A stretch of 64,000 nucleotides of DNA from a virus (taxonomy: Duplodnaviria > Caudoviricetes). This document shows, in pieces, positions 48,063 to 59,500 of this stretch (position 1 is its first letter; each line of letters opens with the position of its first letter). The notes beneath the pieces were generated by a model. The model had not been told where the DNA came from. It saw only the letters and a list, made by a program, of their open reading frames with translations, and ran no database searches. Location of the stretch: IMG/VR virus record IMGVR_UViG_3300035182_001315. The stretch is one strand, 5' to 3'. Position numbers and translations under genes: made by a program.

Positions 48063-49125
48063 TTGTTTGGTTTTTAATGGTTTTCAATTCCCTCTCGATT
48101 AATTGTTTGAAGGGTACTAAATATTCGGCATACCTGTGCCGTCCAATTGTTCTGTCAATTCCGTCTATCTTCATTTGATGAAAGACTGTCTTGATACTTC
48201 TCTCATTCATATCGAATTGGCCCTCGATGAGATGTTCAAGCTCTTCAGCTGCTTCGGCTGTTACCATTGGATTTCTCAAGTCTACGATTGCAGTGTTTAT
48301 CTCGTATAACTTATCTCCCTGTACACCGTTAGTGGTGCCATTGATGATTGCATCCAATGCTTTCAACCTTGGTTGTTTTGCAACAACCCTTTCTTCTTGT
48401 AAAACTTTTGCTTTTTGTATAATTTCCTCAAGTGTTACTTTCCTGTCGATGATTTCAGGAAATAAGGAAATAAGTTTTTTCTCTTTGACCCCAGCAACTC
48501 CTTTGATGGAGTCGGAGTCATCGCCTGTGATTATCTTGATAAGAGCGGCGTTCTCTAAGTTGTGGCAAAAATACGAAGAATAGTTATTCGTGTCAACATA
48601 ATTCTTCAAATCGCAAAAATAAATTCTTACACCTTCTTCAATTAGTTGGCACATGTCTCTATCCGTTGTGCAGATGGTGATTTTTTCACTTACATCTCTG
48701 TTTATGCAATAGTATCCTATGAAGTCATCTGATTCAACGAACTCATGTTGGAGTTGTCTTATGCAAAGTTCTTCGAGATAATTCCATATCATCTGCTTCT
48801 GTAAAATCTCCGATTCGTCCACGGGTTGAGTCCCGTTGATGTAGTCTTTTCCACGGCCACTTTTGTAAGCCGGATATAAATTATATCTGAGCTTGCCGCT
48901 CATCTTACCATCCCAGAATACGTAAACTCTATGAAAGAGATTTTCGGTTAGTAGTTTACGTAAGACAGTAAGGAATTGGTATACACCGCCAATGTGTTCG
49001 CCACGGTGATTATATTCGTTCTTGGCACCGAAGAAGCCTACTTTAAAAAGGGCATTTCCATCAACCAAAAGCGTGTTTGTAAAAGTTAATCTTTTTTCAC
49101 CATTACGTGGTGGTCGTTTGCTCAC
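48046..49125 (-). CDS. 5'-3' exonuclease / T4 RNase H-like flap nuclease (GTG start)
   Basis: LLVDGN, VFWDG, YKSGR, ESDD, TTDRD and GDDSDSIKGVAGV. Confidence 0.92.
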   Translation of the reverse strand: MSKRPPRNGEKRLTFTNTLLVDGNALFKVGFFGAKNEYNHRGEHIGGVYQFLTVLRKLLTENLFHRVYVFWDGKMSGKLRYNLYPAYKSGRGKDYINGTQPVDESEILQKQMIWNYLEELCIRQLQHEFVESDDFIGYYCINRDVSEKITICTTDRDMCQLIEEGVRIYFCDLKNYVDTNNYSSYFCHNLENAALIKIITGDDSDSIKGVAGVKEKKLISLFPEIIDRKVTLEEIIQKAKVLQEERVVAKQPRLKALDAIINGTTNGVQGDKLYEINTAIVDLRNPMVTAEAAEELEHLIEGQFDMNERSIKTVFHQMKIDGIDRTIGRHRYAEYLVPFKQLIERELKTIKNQTNETND

Positions 49126-49155
49126 ATCATTAAATTAAGATGTTAAAAAAATTGT

Positions 49156-50268
49156 TTACGCCATCAAATCTTCTATGCTCATCGCAGTCTCAGCAGACTT
49201 GGTGATGTTGATTTCACCATGGTCAGACTGTAATTGCTTAAGAATAAAGTCTTTGTTTATCTTCTTGTAATCAGTAAGGTTGTCTGGATTCCAGTAACCA
49301 TGTGATGTAGAAGCAATCTTGCCCATCAACTCAATACCATTGACTTGGTTCTTTTCACATTTAATCTTCGCTTCAACACCAAATTGATATTTCATCGTTA
49401 CTCCACCGGCTGTAATTTCAGCATTCAATTTTGTTGTACCGTGTGTAAGGATACCACCGAAGTGAATGATAAGTCTTGCACCATAGAAGAAGGCTTCACC
49501 ACCCTTGTGCTTAATAACTGTATTGATGTTGTCAAACCAAATCTTCTGCACAGCGAAGAATGAGTTTGTGTATTTGCAATCGCTTCTTTGTGAATCTGAA
49601 ATTCTGAAATTAAGAATTGATTTGAATGCAGTTTCCAATGCACCAGCGTTCCACATGTTGTTTTTGCTCTTTGACTTTACAGCCTTGAAACAATCCAGTG
49701 AGCCAATAGAGTCCCAGATAAATAAAATGTTTCTTGGGAAATCTCCTGCTTCCTGCATATCCAAAACTTCATCAATAAAACGTGCGATGTCTTCAATAAC
49801 TGGTTCGTTTCTTACGGCCTTGTCTTTTGTCTTCGCTTCATCATATTCCCAGAACTTGTACATGTCCAACAACTTTCTGTTGCTGATATATAAAAAGTCA
49901 CCTTCGTAATCTGAGTTACCATTTTCATCAGTAATTTCTTCGTATTGAACACCTACATTCTTTGCGTGTTCCCAATTGAAGTTACCTTCGGTATCAAATA
50001 TAATTGGAAAGTCTCCGATTTTATTTGCACCGACAATTGCTTCATACATTGCTGTGGATTTACCAGTGTTGGAATAACCTCTGGCAAGTGTTGTGTAACC
50101 TCTTGGTATACCCGGAATTCCGAGTGCTTCTTGAAATGCTTCCGATAAAGGAACCCATGATAAGTCTTTTGGTTTGTTTGTTCTTGTTAAGCCTTTTGAT
50201 TCTTTAAAAGCCTTCAGGTCAAAGGTTTTTTTTTCTATAATACCTGCTTTAACTGGTTTCTTTGCCAT
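49156..50268 (-). CDS. recA: RecA/UvsX-like recombinase
   Basis: Walker A GYSNTGKS, FDTE, FIWDSIGSL, HKGGEAFFY and KCEKN. Confidence 0.85.
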   Translation of the reverse strand: MAKKPVKAGIIEKKTFDLKAFKESKGLTRTNKPKDLSWVPLSEAFQEALGIPGIPRGYTTLARGYSNTGKSTAMYEAIVGANKIGDFPIIFDTEGNFNWEHAKNVGVQYEEITDENGNSDYEGDFLYISNRKLLDMYKFWEYDEAKTKDKAVRNEPVIEDIARFIDEVLDMQEAGDFPRNILFIWDSIGSLDCFKAVKSKSKNNMWNAGALETAFKSILNFRISDSQRSDCKYTNSFFAVQKIWFDNINTVIKHKGGEAFFYGARLIIHFGGILTHGTTKLNAEITAGGVTMKYQFGVEAKIKCEKNQVNGIELMGKIASTSHGYWNPDNLTDYKKINKDFILKQLQSDHGEINITKSAETAMSIEDLMA

Positions 50269-50301
50269 TCTTGTAACGTTTGGATTTTCATATTATTGGA
50301 T

Positions 50302-50340
50302 AAAAAGAAAATGGGCAGTATGATACCACCCATTTCTTTT
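50302..50340. terminator. Inverted repeat between ssb and recA
   Basis: AAAAGAAAATGGG...CCCATTTCTTTT near-perfect stem. Confidence 0.55.
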
Positions 50341-50351
50341 AATGGTTCTTC

Positions 50352-51275
50352 TTAGAATGGTAAGTCGTCGTCTTCTTCACCAGCAGTTACTGGTTCAGAT
50401 GTTACCGCTGGGGTTGTTGGCGCAGCTGCTGTAACGTTCGTCTTAACATTTTGAACACCCAATGAAAGCTCTGCATCAAGCTTAGCTGGTTCATCGGTAG
50501 AAGTTGCGTTCTTGTCAACAAATTTCTTTGCTTCTTTATCCCACACTGGTACACCACCACCTACAACAATCGCAAGATAGTCGTAAGGCTTAACGCTGTA
50601 CACGTCTTCCCATGTTCTTGTGTCAGCCAACCACTCAGCTTGCTGAGCAGCGTCTTCACTCAATGGAGAAGAGTCCAATTGGGTTATCGTTTGAACGATA
50701 GGGTAGTTGTTCTGGTCTCTTGCCAAGATAACGCTCAAGTCACGGCCAGTTACTGGGTCAGTAATGTCCTTCTTGATAGCAGAGATGATACCATAAATCT
50801 TATCGAAGATACCTTGCTTGCGGTAATCGTGTGCGAATCTCCAGAACTTCACTGGATGTGAACCGTCCTTAACTTCAGGGGCTCTGTCAACAAGCTTCAC
50901 GATGTACATCTTACGTGCAGAGTACTTCTTTGCTGTTTCTTTGTCTTGGTCTTTGCCGGTAGCAAGTAATGCTTCACGGGCTTCACAGAATGGGCAATCC
51001 TGTCCTTTCTCATGCTTAAGACATGCGAATACCTTTGAATCTTTACCTACCTTTGTCTTGTGGCCGTAAAATTCAATGAATGGCGATGTGCCGTCTGCTG
51101 CTGGAAGAATTCTGATTATTTTGGTGGCTGTCTTAACGCCATCTGCAAGGTGAGTGGTGAAGTAGTTCTTCAGGTCATACTCTTTCTTGTCTGTGCTTTT
51201 GGAGGAATTTATAGAGCTATCTTCATACTGTTTAAGCATAGCGTCTAATGCGGAATTGGTTTTCGTAGTTGACAT
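50352..51275 (-). CDS. T4 gp32-like single-stranded DNA-binding protein
   Basis: IRILP, Zn motif C..H...CPFC, and acidic tail EEDDDLPF. Confidence 0.88.
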   Translation of the reverse strand: MSTTKTNSALDAMLKQYEDSSINSSKSTDKKEYDLKNYFTTHLADGVKTATKIIRILPAADGTSPFIEFYGHKTKVGKDSKVFACLKHEKGQDCPFCEAREALLATGKDQDKETAKKYSARKMYIVKLVDRAPEVKDGSHPVKFWRFAHDYRKQGIFDKIYGIISAIKKDITDPVTGRDLSVILARDQNNYPIVQTITQLDSSPLSEDAAQQAEWLADTRTWEDVYSVKPYDYLAIVVGGGVPVWDKEAKKFVDKNATSTDEPAKLDAELSLGVQNVKTNVTAAAPTTPAVTSEPVTAGEEDDDLPF

Positions 51276-51282
51276 TTTTTGT

Positions 51283-51327
51283 AGTTGTTTTTAAAAGTTG
51301 TCTCGTTAGTTGTCTCGAATTAGTTGT
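51283..51327 (-). repeat. Four ACAACT boxes in the ssb 5' leader
   Basis: Plus-strand AGTTGT at 51283, 51296, 51308 and 51322 (spacing 13/12/14). Confidence 0.8.
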
Positions 51328-51500
51328 TCCCTTAATATAATAAAAAACTACAGAATGTCAAGTGGTTTTTAAGGATATTTTGAAACTTTCTTTTTCGGTT
51401 GATTTCGGCAAATATACCAAAGGAATTGTCTGATTGCAACTTTTGTCAAAACTTTCTACAAAATAAAAAAGGTCCCCATTAGGAACCTTTAGTGTATATC

Positions 51501-52280
51501 TTATTGAATTTCTTCTTCTTCGTAATCGTCTGGAACGGTAAATGACTGCTTAACTGATGAGTCAACAAAGTTACCATCGATATCATCTTTTCTTAGAACA
51601 TATTCTGGCGCAGCTGTATCTGGGATTGGGCCTTCCACTTCCTTGAAGTAATCGCTAAGCTTGATGTTGTAAGGGAATGAATCCATTGAACGCATTTCCA
51701 ACTTTTCAACTGGAGTAGGATTTCTTTTTACAATTTCCTTTTCAAGCGTATCAATCTTCTGAGTAATGGTATCCATATTTGCAACCTTGCTTTCCAATTC
51801 AGAAAACTTGCTTAACAAAGCTGATGTTTTCATGTCAGCATCCTTAGCCGCATCTGTAGCTTCCTTGCTACCCTGAACCAATTGGGTTACGTCAATATCA
51901 ACCTCACCTTCGCCACCGGCATCTGGACCCGCTGCATCCGTACCATCTGGTGGCGGAAGAGCTGGAATAGAATCACCGCTTGCATCACCCGCTGGGGCCG
52001 CATTAGGGTCTGCTGGGGCACCTGCCGCCGCATCTGGAGCCGGAGCACCGGCTGGTGGAGCATCCCCGGCGTTTGCCGCTGTCTTTGAGTCGTCTGGAAC
52101 ACCGGCTGCTGGCGCACCTGCCGCAGGAGCTGCGTTAGGGTCTTCGTCCGCCTCATCTACTGAACCAAGAATAAGGTCATCCGTCTTCTTTGGTTCCTCA
52201 GTATAAAAGCTATACTCGGAAAGGAGCCTGAATTTCTTCAGTTCCTCGTTTAATAAGTTTTGGTTGAGCTTCTTCTTCAT
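51501..52280 (-). CDS. Ala/Pro/Asp-rich protein (possible head scaffold-type)
   Basis: LNEE leader, low-complexity linker and coiled coil. Confidence 0.65.
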   Translation of the reverse strand: MKKKLNQNLLNEELKKFRLLSEYSFYTEEPKKTDDLILGSVDEADEDPNAAPAAGAPAAGVPDDSKTAANAGDAPPAGAPAPDAAAGAPADPNAAPAGDASGDSIPALPPPDGTDAAGPDAGGEGEVDIDVTQLVQGSKEATDAAKDADMKTSALLSKFSELESKVANMDTITQKIDTLEKEIVKRNPTPVEKLEMRSMDSFPYNIKLSDYFKEVEGPIPDTAAPEYVLRKDDIDGNFVDSSVKQSFTVPDDYEEEEIQ

Positions 52281-52281
52281 G

Positions 52282-52467
52282 TTATATCAGTAATTGTCTG
52301 CCGTCTTCTGTTATTATCTTCTTGTTGATTTTTTCAACAAGGCTTTTGTCACCCTTGATTACACAAACACCTGAACTGCAATCCATATCTGGATTAATCT
52401 CAGGCGGCTGGCAATCCAAATAGGAATCCATTGCGTGTTGTAGGTTCGTTTTCTTGTCGTTTGGCAT
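52282..52467 (-). CDS. Small hypothetical protein
   Basis: 61 aa, ATATTTAT upstream (52489-52496). Confidence 0.6.
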   Translation of the reverse strand: MPNDKKTNLQHAMDSYLDCQPPEINPDMDCSSGVCVIKGDKSLVEKINKKIITEDGRQLLI

Positions 52468-52506
52468 ATTTATAACGTTTTTATGTATATAAATATCTGA
52501 ATTTCA

Positions 52507-52908
52507 TTAAAAAATCCTCTTTATGTTCCAAAACACCAATTCCTTGTTATCAAGGAGAATCAGCTTGTTCTGGTACAGACTCCAATCGATTTGGAATGTC
52601 TTAGGATTAATGTTGCCGATAGCGTCCCCAGCATCCTGAATTACAAGCTGGTTTAGGGCATTTATCGTGTATAGTGCATCGCCTTTCTTATGAATAATCG
52701 TGGCGTTGGGAAAAAGATTCTTCAGATTGAGGTGCTTGTTCTCAGCCAAGGTAAGCTTGAATGTTACAATAACCTTCGATTCGTCATCCAGATTCTTATA
52801 ACAAAAAACCTTGCTCTTTGGAATGTTGAATTTTTCCTCTAAATAGCCAATAAACCAGTCAACTCGCTCAGGGAACACAAATGATGCTAATAGTATAATT
52901 TTATCCAT
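52507..52908 (-). CDS. Hypothetical protein
   Basis: 133-aa ORF coupled to the upstream gene. Confidence 0.7.
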   Translation of the reverse strand: MDKIILLASFVFPERVDWFIGYLEEKFNIPKSKVFCYKNLDDESKVIVTFKLTLAENKHLNLKNLFPNATIIHKKGDALYTINALNQLVIQDAGDAIGNINPKTFQIDWSLYQNKLILLDNKELVFWNIKRIF

Positions 52909-53497
52909 TTTCTATTGAATACAAGTAGGGTATAAATTTAACTTGGTTATCAAGATTTTCTACTCGTTTTTTGTATTCAATAAATATGGACTCATCCTTC
53001 AAAAAGATACTGCTTTTTTTTATTATCTTCTCTTTGAGCTTATCTACGTTTAAATTCATGAAAGATAATAGACTCAAATCAATTCCAAAGATTAATTTCT
53101 CACCATAGAGGTAAATCATGCTCTGATGCTCATACGCAATTACACTTGAAAGACTGCATATCTTTTTAACAATTTTGCGTATCTTTTTACCACTCATGAT
53201 GATAGGGTCAACAAATACATAACTAACATCTGTTATTAAATTTTTATATGTTCTTTCGGTAAAGTTGTAAATGTCTTCCTCGTGTAGGTCACGCTTCTCG
53301 TGCTTCTTAAAGGTCCACCAAAGATTTGGCCCAAGCTCACGTGTGATGATGTTGTAATCTGGATAGTGCTTTTTAACATAATCCCAGCCAATGATTAACG
53401 TGGGCAATCCCTGAATGATATCATCCAAGGATTGAACCACATTAAAATCTTCTGAAACATTTATATTAGCAAGTGAAACAATGTTAGCTATCTTCAT
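52901..53497 (-). CDS. Hypothetical protein
   Basis: 198 aa; TATCTTTG 4 nt upstream. Confidence 0.7.
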   Translation of the reverse strand: MKIANIVSLANINVSEDFNVVQSLDDIIQGLPTLIIGWDYVKKHYPDYNIITRELGPNLWWTFKKHEKRDLHEEDIYNFTERTYKNLITDVSYVFVDPIIMSGKKIRKIVKKICSLSSVIAYEHQSMIYLYGEKLIFGIDLSLLSFMNLNVDKLKEKIIKKSSIFLKDESIFIEYKKRVENLDNQVKFIPYLYSIENG

Positions 53498-53517
53498 TTT
53501 GCAAAGATACTAAAAAA

Positions 53518-56500
53518 TTACCAAGCAAGTGCGTCACCTGTTGCATTAAAGCGTAACAAGAAATCTTCAGCATACTTGCTTCTATTCGATTGATTATAAA
53601 CCTTATCGGCGTTATATATCTCTATTGTCTTATAACAGAACGTACAAATTTCAACCATCTTCGCAAATAGGAATGCCGCTGTATATGCATTCAATCCCGG
53701 TGTATTCTGGGCCGCTCTTACGAACGCTGCAAAGTGCTGAGTGTAGCCATCAGTTAACTTGGTTACCTCACTCAACGCTGTTGTGCCCAACGCCTTGAAC
53801 ATGTCTGGATAAGCCCCTTTATTCCACTGAATAAGACCGTAAGAATACTTTCCGTTTGTATCTAAGTGTTTTATTGTAGGGTTGAAACCAGATTCCACTT
53901 GAATGTTACCCATGATACCGGCTGTTAGCATCTTTGCCAAATCTACACCAAAATTAAGTGTGTTAACAAAATAATTCTTCAGGAAGTTTTTAACAATGAT
54001 TTGATTATCCTGTCTGTCCTGTTTTGTAATTTTTGTTGAAAGAACGTTTGAACCATCACCATTCTTCACCGCAGCATAATCACAATCCTTACCACTATAT
54101 ACCGCCAACGTACCATTCTGTTCCTTAGGATTTGTCACGCTTGCATCATATGGCTTGTCTGTTGTAACAACATGGCCATGGATATTCGGACTCTTCGCAA
54201 GAATACATGCCGCTGACTTACCGTGATATTCAAAGTGCCAGAACTCTTCAAGTCCAACACCATCTCTCAATTTCGCAGGAATAATGAAACCAAACCTGTA
54301 TGAGTTATCCAATAACCAAATCAATGCTTGGTTGCTTGCCGGATTGGTTGGGTCAAAGTTATAACCCTGTATGATGTTTGATTTGTTGTCAACATAGTTT
54401 GGAATGATATTACCAGCCTTCGTCATGAATTGGAAGTCAATTGCAATACCCCAACCGTGATTGGATGTACCCACCGGCGCAGAAGTGTTCGGATGCTTGT
54501 CCCTGATAGCCTGCTGCTGAGGAATGGTTCTGAAAGCTGAATTGATGAAAGCATAGTTTCCACCATTACCAACAAAGCCATTCGCCTTCATATAAGAAAC
54601 GAATTCAGTAAGCATTGCCTTAAGTGGCTGAATAGCCTCGGCCAATAACTTAGGTGTATCGTCAATGTTGTTCTTGATACCAGTTGGAAATACGATATCA
54701 GCAAGAGTGATGTTACCCTGTCTGTCAACATTCGCATTCGATGCTCCATTGTTTATAAGAGTTCTTATGATTGGTGCAACGCCAGTTACGGTAGCTGTAA
54801 GAACTGTACCGGCAGCAGTCTTAGGAAGCTCAAAGCTATCCAATAATGCTGAATACAATGCAGCCGCATCCAAGATTGGAGTTTCAATTGCTTTGATTCT
54901 TGTTCCGGTGAAGGTTGTTGTCATGTGATTTGGAACAATCTTATGTCTTACCTTGGTAATCATGTAAGCACCATGGAACATAGGAATATTTTCCAACTGG
55001 AAGTACATCATTGGTTGAATCATGGCGTTGCCAAGCATATCAACTTCTGTCTTGTAGCTTCTTGCTGAATACACGTTATAAAGGTTCTGACCAATGTATG
55101 ATTGGTTCGTATTTGATAAACGATTTGCAATGTTGTCTGTAATCTGTAATGACTCCGCCGTTTCACTGAACTCAGATTGGTCAAGCATGATATCCTTGAA
55201 CATGTTCTGGTTCTGCTGACCATACCTCACAACAAATGCAGCATTCATATCCTCGTAAGGTTGCTTAGGTGTACCAAAGTCTGGTGGATGAATCGCTGGA
55301 TCCCCTCTTAAATCGAAACCATCGTTTGGATATTGTGAATCCTTACCGAAATCCAATTTAGTAGATGTCTGTCCAATATATACACAAACGAATGATGGGC
55401 CTGAAGCCGCAATGTTCGCTGATTCATAATAAGGGAACGGAGTAAACATCGCCTTCAACTCATTTGGGTCATTGTAATTAATAAATGATGGTAACGCAAC
55501 AAAATCAAAATTGTTGTCGGTCAGGATTCTGCTGATAAGGTCATAGAAACTGATGTTGGTATCCTCTTGCAAAAGCTTGCTGATGATAATTGGATTGATT
55601 TGGAAATCATCACCGATATCCTTGAAGGACCTCGTTACAAACCTGAAGCTGTCAATAAGGTCAAGTGAATCACCCAATCCAGCTTTAAGTTTATTGAGGT
55701 TATTCATTGCCTTGTCCGTTGGTAAACGGTCAGCATTGGTCTTGCAACACTGGAAGATTACAGCGTCACCATTCTCAGAATCACCAATCCACTTATCATA
55801 AATTTTCTTTATGGTACGGTAGATTTCAAGTTTCACTTCCTCAAGCTCATTATTATTGAATTTCTTTTGTTCGTTGGTACCAACAATAGTCTTAACTGCC
55901 TCAGTAATTGTATTCATATACGTTGAGAAGTCAGTCTTTGAGATTGTCACCGGCTGATAAATAGTAGGTGCATCATTAAGCCCCTCGCTCCACATGAAGA
56001 TAGAATCGTTAGCAAGATACTTGTAATCAACAACCATGTTCTTTAAAAGAATAGCTGGTGCAGTATCGTTGTCATCCTTGAATTCTACAAAGAAATTATA
56101 TCTGAATAGGTCGTCATATCTGTCACCCTCTGGCACAAATGTGAAGCTATTGAATGTTTTTTCAAAACTGTTGGTAGCATTTCTTGGTCTGAAGAACTGG
56201 TGTACGGTTGCCAACGGAACTGTAGCTGTGGTACCATTAACGGTTACCGCAGCATTCATACCATCCCATGCAGCTACCCAACCAGCATCATTACCTTCAA
56301 CAAAACTACCGGCAGTTGGTATGATTTCGAAGTTTACTCTGTCGTTGTCAAAGCTCTTTACAAACGCATCGAACTCAGCCAAGAATTTCTGTTGTACACC
56401 TTCTGGAAGAGTTACCAGAGCTGTTTCAAGCTTTGTATATCTTTGATTCAATACACTACCACGAGCATTAAAGCTCATTGGCGCTGACATTGATTCGTTA

Positions 56501-59500
56501 TCCAATTGCTGAATCATATACTCATCGGTTGCTGGTAAAGCATCACCAAAATATTCTTCAAATGTTGGAATAAGGTAATCATTGTTAAACTTGCTTCTGA
56601 AAAGAATTGGGTCTGGGTTGCCAGCTAATCCTTCACGATATCTCCATAACAAACCACCAATAAATGCTGGAAGCATCTTTGGCACCTGTACGAAACCAGC
56701 TCTTAACTGGAAGGTATTCAAGAATTCTGGTTGCTTTAATAAACCAAGATTTGAATCAAAGTTCTGTACGTTTCTTGCAAGGCTCTTGATGGTATTGGTG
56801 AAAGGTTCCATTGAAGTTAATCCCTTCCATGGCATACAATGCAAGAACAATAATGCCTTTGCCTTTACGGTTGGCTGAGCATGGTAGAAACGGCTACCAA
56901 ACAAACTTACCTGACCCTGTAACGGTGGACCGTCAACCCCCGGCAAATAGTCTGTAATAGCATAAACACCAAAGTTTACCCATGGGTATGCCAATAGGTT
57001 TGAATTGTTATTGTTAGCTGCATCAGCAATTAACCCAACGTTTCTACCCATCAATTCACGGTTTCTCCATGTTGAACCGATACGACCAAAGCTCGCATCA
57101 TCACACGCATCATTTGGTTCAAGCTTACCACCACCAACTGAATATGGAAGAGTTATTGTTGTACCAATATCATAGACGGTTGAATAAGGTTTACCATCTA
57201 CACCGGCAGTTACCTTTCTTGTTTTGGTTAACCCCGGAAACAAAAGAGTCTTAATTGTCAACTCATTTAATATGTCGATTGAACCAATCTTTAACGTACC
57301 CAAAAAGTTAAGGGCACTATAGTTCTTGGTTGCAAGTCTGTTACCATCATCATAGAATACGGTATAGAACGGTGAATCAGAATTCGAACCATCGTAATGA
57401 ATTCTCTTGAACTCCTGTACACCAAAGCTACCTGTGCTTGTACCCAATCCCATACCCTGAATATCAGCTGGGCCAGTAACACTGGTTCTAAGACCATTGA
57501 ACTGAATAGCCGCTTGGTTACCACTGGGACTTGCATTGGCCTTCATATCATAATCATTCTTTTCAATGACTGTAAGATATGATGCATCATCATTCTTCTC
57601 AGAAGTTTTGAATACAAGCTTTGAGTTAACATTCGCAATGTGGTATCCAGCATTTTCAACTTCATTATTTACATTAAGGATTGGAACATATGTTTGATTG
57701 GTGAAACCTGATTGAATCGGTAATATCTTCCTTCCGTAATAATCATAGATATAAACATATTCCCACTTGTCACCAGAGTTCTTGAACATCGGTGCGTTCT
57801 TTCCATTGATTCTACCAGTTACCGCAGCAAACTTGTCTGGGGTATCGTAGTTAGCATTCAAAAGATTGATAAGCTTGTTGTCAGCTGATTTATATTTTTT
57901 AAGAAGAAGATTAGCTTCCTCAGCTGCAAATGATTTGATTTCTTCGGAAGTCAATCCAGAATTTGCAAAGCCCATGAAGCCGGTAGCCCTAAGAGATACC
58001 AATCTTGCGATATCATCATGAGTCGCTGAAGCTGGCAATCTATCGTAAGGTGTTACGTTGTCAGTAAAGAATGATGAGTCATGCGGAGTCATGGCATACC
58101 ATGTAGGTACATTGTTGTTTATGATTTGGTCAATCTTTTGCTGAACCAAACCAGACACAAGCATACCCTGATACAATTCTTCGACGAATTGAATTTCTGG
58201 TACATTCTGTGGTGCTGTCAATACACCCTTGGCTCCAAGGTACTTTTCTTTGTTATTTTCATTGTACTCTGGCCATGGGTAAATCACGTCACTGTTACTT
58301 GCAATGTCGGTATTCTTAGACTTCACGAATTTTTTAAGTTCGTTTGTTCTAAGTTCGTTGTCCTTGTATTTGGCAGAAACTTCGAAGATTTGTTGTAAGA
58401 ATATTTCAACGTGAGTTGTAAATAACTTAAAGATACTACGGATGCTGGTATCAAAACCAAGTTGTCTTGTAATAAGGTCCTTCAGCTTCAAAGCTACAAA
58501 CTTTGTAAGCTCATCCTGCTTGTTTGATAATCCAACCAATTTATCGTCCACCAACGCCAATAATGTAGTAAAGTCATAGAACCTTATCCAACCATTGTTG
58601 TCATTAGCAATGTTGTTTGCAGCCAGCTTAAGCCTCTTGATGATAACTTCAGCAGCTCCGGTGTCAGATTGTGTGATTCCGTACTCACTTGTGATTTTAT
58701 CATAAACGAAAGGTCTGTTTGATTTAAGACTGCTTGGTGTAACAATAATAGACTGTGGACTGAAGTTCGTTTGAGTAATAAGAAGCTCAGTTATTGAACC
58801 AGCCTTAGTATTATATGTTGTTACAAGGTCAGCAAAGTTTTTTGTAAAGGTATTTACGACAGCATTGTTGTCGGCATCAGGAAATTGCTGATTAAGAACA
58901 GTACCATCCTGATTTGGGTCACGGATAATAACAATTGACTCATTCAACGGAGCCGGAACCTCGTATTTGTCATATTTGAACTTCAATTCGGCTGTACTGG
59001 TGATTTCCAATCTCATTGACTCAAGATTTTGTCTCAGGTCATTGATGATTGCAAGGTTATTGGTATCCTCATCGTTGTTATTCAATAATTGGCTCTTTAC
59101 AAGGCTGTCAATGTTGGCAATCTTCTGCAAGAACTCATTTATTGATGGTACGCCCTTCGCAGCAAGCAATTGCTTACCTCTTGGTGTTTCAGCAGCAGCC
59201 TTCAGGTATCCAATAATCATGTCCGCAAGCATTGCATAGGTATAACCAACGAAATTTGCATTAAGTTCAAAGTTTCCTGTCTGGGAATTGAACCTTGTGT
59301 TCATTTTCGTCATGTGAAGACAATACTTCACCGGCTTACCATAATAACCCTTGATTGTAAGCTCGAATATTGGGTAAGGCAGCTTGAAGAATACACCAAA
59401 CTTGGATTTGCCACCGTTTTGGAATATTGAACCACCACGAACGTCGATAAAGCTGATGTTTACCTGTGGTGCATAAGATGAGTTGAAGTCAATATCGATG

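Noticed and set aside
51880-52150. GC-rich repetitive stretch as a CRISPR or repeat array
   Set aside because: It is explained by the Ala/Pro/Gly low-complexity coding linker; there are no fixed repeats with spacers.
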